From assembly GCA_963675595.2 (NCBI GenBank), contig CAXXLZ010000001.1:320001-384000 (forward strand): a stretch of 64,000 nt of DNA, given 5' to 3'. The translations under genes and the position numbers were made by a program. The DNA comes from Thermodesulfobacteriota bacterium. GTDB lineage: Bacteria > Desulfobacterota > Desulfarculia > JACQYL01. Below are positions 24,120 to 35,106 of this stretch, one piece after another (the first letter of the stretch is position 1; each line of letters opens with the position of its first letter). The notes under the pieces are model-generated. The model was given only the letters and a program-made list of their open reading frames with translations. It did not search any database and was not told where the DNA came from.

Positions 24120-24325
24120 TTAGGACTTGTTTAGGAGAACCCAACCGGCTCGGGACCCATACTTGAGGTGGGTCCCGAGCCTCAAGCCGGGAGAAAAAAG
24201 CGGAGACGGCCGCGATAAAGTTTGGCTGCATCGGTAGCGCTGGGGAAATGGCGGCATCTTCGCTTCTACATCGCATGTGTACTTGGCGCTTCGGGCGCGA
24301 ATAGGAAACGGTTATCCAATTCCGG
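24120..24325 (+). ncRNA. Candidate bridge/seek RNA in the IS1111 right end
   Basis: Hairpin at 24149-24179; internal loop at 24185-24227 with segments matching the insertion site; conserved in remnant 19470-19680. Confidence 0.6.
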
Positions 24326-24361
24326 CTTGACTTGAGGCCACATAGGAAACTTTCGAGAAAG

Positions 24362-25846
24362 TTTCCCCCGGTCCCCTTTCAAAACGTTTTAAGAGTGCCT
24401 CACCGCCTACGGCGGAGAGGGTGAGGGGGAAAATCAGGTTTGCTCGGTAATCTCCGGCGTTCCTCACATCTCCTAAGTGGACCAAAAATCTCGTAGGCAT
24501 TCGCGGGAGGAACTCGTCTATTGTAGGGGCAGGCCACAGTGCCTGCCCGAAAGACAGCCGAAGGCCCACCTTCTTCACTGCGCTACTAACCACTCCCTAC
24601 TCAAACGCCTCAAGCCGGCTTCACCGCCTTGGGCGGACTGAAGCTTCCCATGCAAGAACGCATTCAATCATAGGGGAGAGTACGGGTCCACGCCACGGAC
24701 CTCCCGGGAACGCCGAGCCCCAGCTCGGCAGACTTCTTTCCCTCCATCCGCCGTACCGTGAGGGTCACTCGCGGTTGTTCGTCCCGATGCACAGCGGACC
24801 GGGATGGTCTTGGCCGCGCGATTGACTCCGCCCCTGTGCCGAGCTGGGGCTCGGCGCTCCCAGGGCAACCAACCACGCTGTGAACGTGCCCCAACGTTCG
24901 TCTTACGCGTTCACGGGGTATTCGCGAAGAGCTCGGCAAACTTGCCGACGGGTTGCTCGTTTCGGTCTTGCGAATCGCGTACGCAATTCACAAAACAAGC
25001 AGCATGTGCCGTTCAACCGATTAAAACACCTGAAGTTTTTCGGAAGGAGCCCGAGGGAACCCTTTTTTCAAAAAGGGTTCCCTCGGATCCCCCTCTGAAG
25101 GCTCACAACTGAAATTTCCCCCGGTCCCCTTTCAAAGCGTTTTAAGAGTGCCTCACCGCCTACGGCGGAGAGGGTGAGGGGGAAAATCAGGTTTGCTCGG
25201 TAATCTCCGGCGCTCCTCACATCTCCTAAGTGGACCAAAAATCTCGTAGGCATTCGCGGGAGGAACTCGTCTATTGTAGGGGCAGGCCACAGTGCCTGCC
25301 CGAAAGACGGCCGAAGGCCCACCTTCTTCTCTGCGCTACTAACCACTCCCTACTCAAACGCCTCAAGCCGGCTTCACCGCCTTGGGCGGACTGAAGCTTT
25401 CCATGCAAGAACGTATTCAATCACAGGGCAAAGTCCGAGTCTCCGCCACGGACCCCCTGGGAACGCCGAGCCCCAGCTCGGCAGACTTCTTTCCATCCAT
25501 CCGCCGTACCGTGAAGGTCATCCGCGGTTGTTCGTCCCGATGCACAGCGGACCGGGATGGTCTTGGCCGCGCGATTGTCTCCGGCCCCTGTGCCGAGCTG
25601 GGGCTCGGCGCTCCCAGGGCAACCAACCACGCTGTGAACGTGCCCCAACGTTCTTCTTACGCGTTCACCGGGTATTCACCAAGAGCTCGGCAAACTTGCC
25701 GACGGGTTGCTCGTTTCACTTCTGCGGATCGCGTACGCAATTCACAAAACGAGCAGCATGTGCCGTCCAACCTATTAAAACACCTGAAGTTTTTCGGAAG
25801 GAGCCCGAGGGAACCCTCTTTTCAAAAAGGGTTCCCTCGGATCCCC
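24362..25846. repeat. ~753-bp non-coding tandem duplication built from several REP-like modules
   Basis: Units start at 24362 and 25115 (TTTCCCCCGGTCCCCTTTCAAA); partial diverged third unit to about 25935. Confidence 0.9.
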
Positions 25847-26052
25847 AAAGCGTTTTAGAGTGCCTCACCGCCTGCGGCGGGGAGGCTGCGGAAGAGTTCA
25901 GGTTTCCTCACTCATTCCCAACGTTCCTTACATCTGCTGAATCGGCTAAGATGCCCCCAAGTTCGGCTTCGTCCCGCCAGGGACGGAGCCCGCGTCAGGG
26001 GGTCCGGGGGAACGACGTTCCCCCGGAAACGGTATGAAAGAATAGTCGGCGT

Positions 26053-26415
26053 TCAGTTGCAGGTCTTGGGATTGGGAAGGCCGGACAGTCTACGTGCTCC
26101 GTCCTTCAATCCCCCGGGGAACAGCTTCTGCAGCTCCAGCAGGCTCAGGCCGGTGCCCTGTCTGAGGTCCCGATTCAGGGGCGCCCTGCCGTGGAATTCA
26201 TAATATTCCCGGAAGAACCGGATTACTTTCCAATGGACGTCTTGAAGATTGTCGAGTCCGCTTTCCGCGGCCAGTTCCCGGGCGGCGTCTTCGCTCCATT
26301 CGTCGTAGTCCCAGAAGAAGCCTTCGTCGTCAAAGGCGGTTCGGCGTCCCGCCACCACGCGGAAAAAAGGGCCGGGGCCGGACGCCTGTTCTTCCGTGCC
26401 GTCCATCGGGTCCAC
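26053..26415 (-). CDS. tusE: TusE/DsrC-family sulfur relay protein
   Basis: DDEGF...W, HWKVI.F.R.YY, LFPGG and GLPNPKTCN; only the penultimate Cys is present. Confidence 0.85.
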   Translation of the reverse strand: MDPMDGTEEQASGPGPFFRVVAGRRTAFDDEGFFWDYDEWSEDAARELAAESGLDNLQDVHWKVIRFFREYYEFHGRAPLNRDLRQGTGLSLLELQKLFPGGLKDGARRLSGLPNPKTCN

Positions 26416-26418
26416 GGT

Positions 26419-29085
26419 TCAGGCCTTCCCGGATGCCAGGGCGGCCAACACCTTGTCCGGTGTGGCGGGAAGATCGCAAATAAACACGCCCACCGCGTCC
26501 TTGACGGCGTTGATCACCGCGGGAGCGGTGGGCACCAAGCACATCTCGCCCACTCCGGTGCAACCCAGGGGCCCTTTGGGACGGGGCGTTTCCCGGATGA
26601 TCACCTCCTGAGGGAAGGAATCCCGGATGGTGGGAAACTTGAAGGTGCGCCAGTCCTTGGTTTCGCCGGCGATGTACTGTTCACGCAGGGCCAGGCCCAC
26701 GCCCATGTCCGCGCCGCCTTCGAGTTGGCCGGTGAGGTTGTTGGGATTGATTACCGGGCCGGCGTCCACCGCGGTGGTCATCTTGAGCACCTTGACCTCG
26801 CCGGTCTCGGTGTCCACCTCCAATTCCACCATCTGCACCGCGTGAACCTGGGATTCAAAGGAGGGACCCTGGCCGGTCTTTGGGTCCAGGGGACCGGAGT
26901 CTTCATTCTTTTTTCGGCCCAGATAGCGCACGGGTTTTTCCGCGGCTTTCAACTCGCCGGCGGTTTGGGCTCCGGTTTCGGCCATGGCCGCTTTGAGTTG
27001 ATGGAGCGCGTCCACCACGGCATTGCCGATCATATAGGTGATGCGGCTGCCGGCCGCCGGTCCGGAGGCGGCGGTGTCGTCGGTCCGCCGGGTGTGCAGG
27101 CGCACCTTGTCCAAGGGCAGGCCCATGACTTCGGCCGTGAGCTGGGTGAGCATGGAGTCGTTGCCCTCACCGGGGTCGGCCGCGGCCGCGAAAATACTCA
27201 CCCCGCCGTCTTCATCCAATTCCACCGCGGCCACGGAAGCGTCGCCGGGACCGCCGATGCCGAAGGAGCCGGTTGCGATGCCCACGCCTCGCTTGTAACG
27301 GCCGTCCGATGCGGCGGCCTCGCGTTTGGCTCTTTCATAGTGGGGCCGCAGCGCCTCCATCAATCCGGGTACCGGCCACTCGGTCACGGTGCGTCCGGTG
27401 GATTTGCTCTCACCCACTTGGAGCAGGTTGTTGAAGCGGAACTCGAAGGGGTCCATGCCCAGCTTGTCGGCGAGCATTTCCATGGCGCATTCCAGGGCGA
27501 AGTTGACCTGAGGCGGTCCTGCGCCCCGAGCGGCGGAGCCCCAAGGGCTGTTGGTGTACACCAGTTTGCCGTCGGCCTTGACATGGGGGATTTGATAGGA
27601 CCCTGAAAGCATGAGCAGGGCCCGGTACACCACCACGTGGCCCATGGAGTAGTACGCGCCCTTGTCCACCAGAAAATCGTTGCAGTAGGCCGTGAGTTTG
27701 CCTTGGCGGTCGGCCGCCAGCTTTACGTCCATGTGAAAGGCGTGACGCTTGGACGTCATGAGCATGGACTCGTGCAGACTGGGGATGTAGCGCACGGCTT
27801 TTTTGAAATGAATGGCAGCGGCCGCGCATAATCCCTCGGACATCACGTCCAGTTTGATGCCGAACTGCCCGCCGCAGTAGGCTTCCTCATAGGTCATGTT
27901 TTCCCAGCCCAAGGCGGCCTGCAGCATGCCCAGGTGATGATGAATGTTGATGCTGCGGCCCACCACCACCAAATGGGGCTCGTCCTCTTCGTCCTCCTCC
28001 TCGTGCCAATAGGCCACGGTGGCTTCGGGTTCCAAGGGAGCCTGGTGGTTGGTCTGGGTGGTGAACCGGGCTTGGATGACGGCCGCGGACTCCGCAAGGG
28101 CGGCGTCGGCGTCTCCCTTGACCTGGGGCTGACGGTAGCAGAGGTTTTCACGATCCGCATGCACCCGGACCGCATCGTCACCCAGGGCCTGCTCCGGAGA
28201 TTCCAGCGCGGGCAGGGCTTCCAGCTCGATCCTGATCGTCCGTGCGGCAGCTTCGGCTTGGTCTTTGGTTGCGGCGGCCGCCAGTGCGATGGGGTCGCCG
28301 ATGTAGCGCACCTTGTCCGAACACAGCACGGGACGGTCGGCTTCCAGGTACTTGAGCCGGTTGGTCCCCCGAATGTCGGCCGCGGTCATGACCCCGGCTA
28401 CGCCGGGCATGGCCAGGGCGGCGGAGGCGTCGATGGACTTGATCAGGGCATGGGGAACTTCGCTGCGCACAACGGCGATTTCCAGGGCGTCGGGGATTTT
28501 GTAGTCCGCCGTGAACCGGGCGGTGCCGCAGGCCTTGGCCATGGAGGAAGGCCGGGGATGGGACACTCCCATATTGCCGTCGGACGCCTTGGGCGTTACC
28601 TCTTCCAGGGTGGTCTCGCCGCGCAACAGACGACTCGCCAGTTTCACGGCGTCGATGATTTTCACATATCCGGTACAGCGGCACAGGTTGCGCTGAAGGG
28701 CCTTCTTGATGAGGTCCTCGCCCGGGTCGGGAGCATTGTCCAGAAGGACCTTGACGGCCGTGATGAGGCCCGGAGTGCAGAAGCCGCATTGGATCGCGCC
28801 GGTGAGCACGAATGCGTGCTGGATCAGGTGCGGGTTGTCCGGAGTGCCCAGGCCTTCCACGGTGATGACCTTGGACCCGTCGAGGTTCATGAGTTTGATC
28901 AGGCAGGACCGCACCGCCTTGCCGTCCACGATGACGGTGCAGGCTCCACATTGTCCTTTGCGGTCGCAGGATTGCTTGGCCCCGATCAAATCCAGACCAT
29001 CCCGCAAGTAGTCGAGCAAGACATCGTCTTTGCCGGCCAACACCTCGTGCCGGATTCCATTCACCTCTAAGGAAATTTTTTTCAC
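26419..29085 (-). CDS. Molybdopterin-dependent aldehyde oxidoreductase (Mop/xanthine oxidase family)
   Basis: 2x[2Fe-2S] motifs (C..GQCGACTV, QCGFC, CRCTGY); Moco domains GGQFG, ARGAG and GVGE. Confidence 0.92.
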   Translation of the reverse strand: MKKISLEVNGIRHEVLAGKDDVLLDYLRDGLDLIGAKQSCDRKGQCGACTVIVDGKAVRSCLIKLMNLDGSKVITVEGLGTPDNPHLIQHAFVLTGAIQCGFCTPGLITAVKVLLDNAPDPGEDLIKKALQRNLCRCTGYVKIIDAVKLASRLLRGETTLEEVTPKASDGNMGVSHPRPSSMAKACGTARFTADYKIPDALEIAVVRSEVPHALIKSIDASAALAMPGVAGVMTAADIRGTNRLKYLEADRPVLCSDKVRYIGDPIALAAAATKDQAEAAARTIRIELEALPALESPEQALGDDAVRVHADRENLCYRQPQVKGDADAALAESAAVIQARFTTQTNHQAPLEPEATVAYWHEEEDEEDEPHLVVVGRSINIHHHLGMLQAALGWENMTYEEAYCGGQFGIKLDVMSEGLCAAAAIHFKKAVRYIPSLHESMLMTSKRHAFHMDVKLAADRQGKLTAYCNDFLVDKGAYYSMGHVVVYRALLMLSGSYQIPHVKADGKLVYTNSPWGSAARGAGPPQVNFALECAMEMLADKLGMDPFEFRFNNLLQVGESKSTGRTVTEWPVPGLMEALRPHYERAKREAAASDGRYKRGVGIATGSFGIGGPGDASVAAVELDEDGGVSIFAAAADPGEGNDSMLTQLTAEVMGLPLDKVRLHTRRTDDTAASGPAAGSRITYMIGNAVVDALHQLKAAMAETGAQTAGELKAAEKPVRYLGRKKNEDSGPLDPKTGQGPSFESQVHAVQMVELEVDTETGEVKVLKMTTAVDAGPVINPNNLTGQLEGGADMGVGLALREQYIAGETKDWRTFKFPTIRDSFPQEVIIRETPRPKGPLGCTGVGEMCLVPTAPAVINAVKDAVGVFICDLPATPDKVLAALASGKA

Positions 29086-29185
29086 GACACGCTCCCGCGC
29101 TCATCGCCGAGCCCCGTTGAGTCAAGCATTCCCGGGACTCTTTGCGGATTAAGAGGTTGATACGTACGCGTTCGCCGGGTACTTG

Positions 29186-29240
29186 GAGAACCTTTTGAAA
29201 AAGGGTTCCCTCGGGCTCCTTTTCAAGAACTTCAGGTGGC
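29186..29240. repeat. REP-like hairpin module (GAACCTTTT...AAAAGGGTTC + CTCCTTTTTCAAGAACTTCAGGTG)
   Basis: Same module at 25030-25092, 25785-25846 and 38590-38655. Confidence 0.7.
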
Positions 29241-29865
29241 TTACCAGGTTGGACGGCTTCCCTCTGCGGCGCACCCCATGAATAGGTACGAAAATGGTTG
29301 CGTTCAATTCCTCATAAGCAGCCGATACCAGCCTATCAGACAAAACGGTATCCGTGCAAGAGTTCGGATTTCAGCCGGACTTCATTGGCCGTAAACCAAT
29401 GGATGGCGCTTTTCCCGGCGGATTGCACACACGCGCCCCTTGCTCAGTGTTTGCAGGCATTCACGGGAGGGACTCGTCTCCTTGTTCCCGGTTCATCGGA
29501 CGAGGGGCGACACCCGGATTCTCCTTGTGCAGCGGCCCTGATTTAGAGAGATTCACGCAGCGGATTCAAGCAATAGAGGGGGATGCCCATATCCGCCGGC
29601 GGGGTTTGTCGCGTACGGGTGCGATACGATCCGCAAACGTTCGAGGAGCCTCTTTTTGTGATGCAATCAACGCTTCGATTTTGTTACATTGCAGGTCGAT
29701 AAGTTCCATCCCCTCCCTTTTTGTATTGTTCCTTTTCAAAACAGATTGAGTCATTTTGTTTTCGTTCACAGGGGGCTCGGGACGAAGCCGAACTTGCGGG
29801 CATCTTTGCCGATTCAGGAGATGAAGGGAACGCTGGAAATCAGCGAGGAAGCCTATTTCCTTCCG

Positions 29866-29897
29866 AGCCTCTCCGCCGTAGGCGGTGAGGCACTCTC
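29866..29897. repeat. REP class GCCTCTCCGCCGTAGGCGGTGAGGC
   Basis: Copies at about 24397, 24618, 25150, 25371, 25862, 34104, 36856 and 38513. Confidence 0.75.
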
Positions 29898-30137
29898 AAA
29901 GCGCTTACAAGGGGGTGCGGTGGAGGACTCTCCCCAAAGTCCTCCCCCGTGTAGGTGTTGGTCCTATCGGTAAAGGGGTTGTCGCTCCTTTGGTAATGGT
30001 GAGTATCAATGACATGGAATGCTTGATTGTATCGTAATTATTAATGGTTTCAGGGTTCATATTCAATTTGAGCGTGTTAAGTCAATGGCGTTGTTGCAGG
30101 TCAATGAAACAAACCAAACAGATTTGGAGGAAAGCTC

Positions 30138-31433
30138 ATGAGAAAAGCTGGTTTCTTGGTGGTGTTGGCGGGTGTCCTCTTGGCGGTTTCATTCATTGGT
30201 TGCTCTGATTCCGATAATGATTCTCCAATATCTGAATCTACCGTCTATCTGGCGGGCATGGCGTATGATGTTGAGCATGGAGGTGGAGAAATTCCCATCC
30301 CGGTCTGGTGGAATGGTGAAGATTCACCTACAAAGCTGCCCATGCTCCCTTTCAATGACGAAGACTGCCCTCCTGCAGGTAGTGTCCAGGCAATGACCAT
30401 CGTAAACGGCAATGTGGTGATGGTCGGCATCTCCTCCCTCTGCCTGGAAGGGAATCAGAACATGAAGCCCGCTCTCTGGCAGGGCGGCACCGTAACGCAG
30501 CTGGCTCTTCTTCCGGACACCGTACTGGGTGTGGCTCTGGATGTGGCGTATTCGCAGGAAGTGCTCTATGTTGCGGGTGCATCAGGTAAATTCGGGCCCT
30601 TGCCGGTGCTGTGGGTGGACGGATATCCCATTGACCTGGAGTTGCCGGATGATTACGAGAACGGCGAGGCCTACAAGATCGTGATAGAAGGGGACTTTAT
30701 CTATGTATCCGCGTTGCTCAGCAAGAGTCAAGACGGGGAACTCTCATGGGCCGTGGGATATTGGAAGCTTGACAGCTCATTGGAATGGGATGAATGGACC
30801 TATATTACCTTGCCCGAAGGCTCCGGAGGCGTTAATGGTCCCGTGGCTTTGGCGGCCGGCGGGGAGGATGTCTGGGGCGTCGCCAACGCATATGGGTTGG
30901 ATGGGGTCTCCTCGACCAAACCGGCCCTTTCAACCAATGGTGGAACGCCGACCCCGCTCATCGATTTCGAATTCGACCAAGAGCCCTATGGGTTGGTCAT
31001 GGGCCTGGTTTATTCGGGAACATCCACGCTTGCGGTGGGATATGTGAGCCTGGAGGATCAATACGGTTATCCCGGTCCCGTGTCTTGGACCGGTACGGCC
31101 GTTGAGAAACTTTCGACAGCCGACGAAACTCTTGGAATCGGCAGCGCCAATTGCGTGATGCAGGCTGGAACCGACGTATATATCGGCGGTCAAACCTACC
31201 AAAAGGACTCGGAAGACGAGACGGCACTCATCGCCGTACCCGCGTACTGGAAGAATGGGACACGCCACGATCGCGAAGGTCTGCCGCAAAGCGGCGTCGT
31301 CTCGTCGGAACCCGGTACTCTGGGCAGCTGGCCGGCATGGCCGAATAGTGCGGTAACTCACAACCTGCCGACAGGCCAATACGGGGTAAATGCATCGCAG
31401 TCGGCCGTAGTATACGCGATTGCCGTGAAATAG
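30138..31433 (+). CDS. Acidic lipoprotein, probable beta-propeller
   Basis: Lipobox FIGC; repeated VY.AG...P.LW/YW.NG units. Confidence 0.7.
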   Translation: MRKAGFLVVLAGVLLAVSFIGCSDSDNDSPISESTVYLAGMAYDVEHGGGEIPIPVWWNGEDSPTKLPMLPFNDEDCPPAGSVQAMTIVNGNVVMVGISSLCLEGNQNMKPALWQGGTVTQLALLPDTVLGVALDVAYSQEVLYVAGASGKFGPLPVLWVDGYPIDLELPDDYENGEAYKIVIEGDFIYVSALLSKSQDGELSWAVGYWKLDSSLEWDEWTYITLPEGSGGVNGPVALAAGGEDVWGVANAYGLDGVSSTKPALSTNGGTPTPLIDFEFDQEPYGLVMGLVYSGTSTLAVGYVSLEDQYGYPGPVSWTGTAVEKLSTADETLGIGSANCVMQAGTDVYIGGQTYQKDSEDETALIAVPAYWKNGTRHDREGLPQSGVVSSEPGTLGSWPAWPNSAVTHNLPTGQYGVNASQSAVVYAIAVK

Positions 31434-31555
31434 GGACGGGGCCCGGTAAGGCCTGATCCCCCCGTAGATTTCATACCGTTGGCATTCACGAGGGAGGACT
31501 TTCGGGAAAGTCCTCCCTCGTGTTCTCTCCGACCCAGCACAACAAGACCCCCGGG

Positions 31556-32356
31556 ATGGTATTTATGTGGTTTGCCGAACATCGCCGAAAAAAGCTCACC
31601 GAGGCTCCGTTTCCCGAGTCATGGGAGGAAGTCGTTCGCCGCAACGTGGCTCACTATGCCATGCTGGACGACGACGAGCGGGCTCACCTGCGCGCCTTGA
31701 TCCAGGTATTCATCGCGGAAAAACACTGGGAGGGCGCCGGCGGGCTGGAACTCACCGACGAAATCCGCGTGACCGTGTCCGCCCAGGCCTGTCTGCTGCT
31801 GTTGGGCCTGCCCCACAACTTCTACCGGGACGTGGAATCCATCATCGTGTATCCTTCCACCGTGGTGCCGCCGCAACGCAGCCCGGGCGTTTTCGAAAAC
31901 GTCACCATGCCGTTGCAGGCTACGCAGCCCATTCTCGGACAGGCGTTCCAACGCGGGCCGGTGATCATTATCTGGGACGCGGCCCTGCGCGGAAGCCGGC
32001 ATCCGGAGTCCGGCCATAATGTGATCTACCATGAATTCGCCCATAAATTGGACATGCTGGACGGCGCGGCGGACGGAACGCCTCCCATCAAGGATCGGGA
32101 GGAGTTTCGTGAATGGGTCGAGGTCTGTTCCCGCGAATACCTGCGCCTCAAGCGTGACACCGGAAAGGGCGGGAAGTCCTTTCTGGACGCCTACGGAGCC
32201 ACCAACGAAGCGGAGTTTTTCGCCGTGGCCACCGAGCAATTCTTCAACCAGCCCCAACTCATGGTGAAACACGCACCGGACCTCTACCACGTTTTGCGGG
32301 ATTATTACCGCCAGGACCCCTACGAACGCATGTCCCGGAACAAGCACGCCAAATAG
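31556..32356 (+). CDS. M90-family (MtfA-like) zinc metallopeptidase
   Basis: HNVIYHEFAHKLD, DGTPP and YGATNEAEFFAV motifs. Confidence 0.9.
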   Translation: MVFMWFAEHRRKKLTEAPFPESWEEVVRRNVAHYAMLDDDERAHLRALIQVFIAEKHWEGAGGLELTDEIRVTVSAQACLLLLGLPHNFYRDVESIIVYPSTVVPPQRSPGVFENVTMPLQATQPILGQAFQRGPVIIIWDAALRGSRHPESGHNVIYHEFAHKLDMLDGAADGTPPIKDREEFREWVEVCSREYLRLKRDTGKGGKSFLDAYGATNEAEFFAVATEQFFNQPQLMVKHAPDLYHVLRDYYRQDPYERMSRNKHAK

Positions 32357-32410
32357 AGCATCCGGGGAAACCCTTTGGAAAGGGTTTCCCCGGACCCCTT
32401 GTATATTTAG

Positions 32411-33574
<1,164 letters not shown>

Positions 33575-33713
33575 CCGGTTTATGTATCACATCGGTTAAC
33601 CGATGCTGCCGTGGTCTGCTGTGGCGCGGTGCTTGCGCGCGGCAGCCCCACGCGTGCCGCGCCTAGCAAGCGCCGTGTTACAGCTTCATAGGAATCAGTG
33701 ACAAACAACTCAG

Positions 33714-33719
33714 TTGACA
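33714..33719 (+). promoter_or_regulatory. -35 box TTGACA that pairs with TATATT (32402-32407) on IS circularisation
   Basis: 17-bp spacing across the rejoined CT core. Confidence 0.75.
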
Positions 33720-34167
33720 AAGAACACAGTTGCTTCCCAAACTGTTTGAGCGGGTTGCTCGCTTGCGCTTCGCAACCGGGATCAGGGGCTCTCCATGCAT
33801 AAGTTTCCGGGTGCGCAATCATCGGATTATTGATCAAACCGATGCACCTTACGGATGTCCGGAGCCCGCATCAAGGGAGTCCGGGGTGATGTCGTTCCCC
33901 CGCGGAATCGATAGAGAAGTCCCCCCCCGTGAAGGATTGCCAATATCTTTGAGTGTGGCCGCACCGCCTGCGGCGAAGCGGCGGGGCGAAAGTCGGTCGA
34001 GACAAGGAATTCCCGGACCTTGGACCTTCACGCGGGACGGACACCGTAGTGCCTGCCCCTATTAACGTCGGGATTCTATCGTTCCCGAATTCATTTTGCC
34101 GAGAGCCTCTCCGCCGAAGGCGGTGAGGCGTTTTCGGAAAGCTTTGGGAAGGTTTCCCCGGATGTGT

Positions 34168-34812
34168 CTAAAACCCTTCCGCTTTTAGAACGCCCAGCAG
34201 CGTGAGGCCGTCTTTGAGGAACAGAACGGCGAACACGAGCAGGGCCAAGCCGAGGGCCTTCATGGTCAGGGCATAGGCTTTGCTTCTCAAGAAATGACCG
34301 AACCGTCCCACCATCCATGCCACGCCTATTTTGGATCCGATAATGAGAACGTAGAATCCGGCGAGAAAAGACGCGGGTCCCGGTATTCCCTGTTGCGCGC
34401 CTTTGATGATGGTCGGCGCTCCCACGGAAATCCAGAACAGGTAGGGATGAGGATTGAGGAAATTGGTGATGATCCCTTTCTTTAGGGAGGAGGGTCGTTC
34501 TTCCTCTTCATCCGGGTCGGGGCTCGTGATGCGCAAACATTCATAACCCAGGTAGGAGAGATAGGCGGCGCCGGCCAGGGAAACGGCTCCGAGGATTGCG
34601 TCGTAGGCGGTAAGCTTGGCCAGGAGCAAAACGGAAAGAAGGATGATGGGAAGGTCCGTGAGCGCGGGGGCGACGGCTACCTTGATTCCTTCACGCACGC
34701 TTCTTCGCAAGGTTTCCGCGATCACGAGGGTCAGCAGGGGGCCCGGAGCAATGCCGGCGCAAAGGCCGAACACGGTTCCGGAAATGAGATAGGAAGAGGT
34801 CGATTCCAGCAT
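34168..34812 (-). CDS. LysE-family exporter
   Basis: APGP, GAAYLSYLG and KGIITNFLNP motifs. Confidence 0.9.
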   Translation of the reverse strand: MLESTSSYLISGTVFGLCAGIAPGPLLTLVIAETLRRSVREGIKVAVAPALTDLPIILLSVLLLAKLTAYDAILGAVSLAGAAYLSYLGYECLRITSPDPDEEEERPSSLKKGIITNFLNPHPYLFWISVGAPTIIKGAQQGIPGPASFLAGFYVLIIGSKIGVAWMVGRFGHFLRSKAYALTMKALGLALLVFAVLFLKDGLTLLGVLKAEGF

Positions 34813-35106
34813 GGGGTCACTTGTTATTTTTGATGTTCGGGCAAGGTTTCACCGGGCACAATTCTTTCAGAAGGTCTCCTCGCATGTCCCATGAAAGGGT
34901 GCGAAAAATTCCGTTGGTTTGGTTTTGCAGGAATACTCGTTCATCCCGCCAAAGGCAAACGGATAAGCTGCGGATCGCGTTTTTTCCAAGGCCTGCTGCG
35001 TCGGCGATTATTTAAGAATCTTAACGTCGGAATGGCGGGGAACGGCTTGATCTTTGCCACGTTTCGCAGCATGCTTTTTGCGATTTCTGTTTTGTGAGAG
35101 GCACTA

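Larger units (their letters stand above)
22955..24349 (+). mobile_element. IS110-family, IS1111-group element
   Basis: GGAAA at both junctions; sub-terminal IRs ATGTTGGCCTCAGGT / ACTTGAGGCCACAT; long 3' non-coding end. Confidence 0.88.

Noticed and set aside
24362-25935. CRISPR array or coding ORFs in the tandem region
   Set aside because: No constant short repeat with unique spacers and no cas genes; the ORFs are translations of palindromic repeats.
29090-30130. Moco riboswitch or sigma-54 promoter upstream of the oxidoreductase
   Set aside because: No convincing consensus or correct GG-N10-GC spacing seen by eye.
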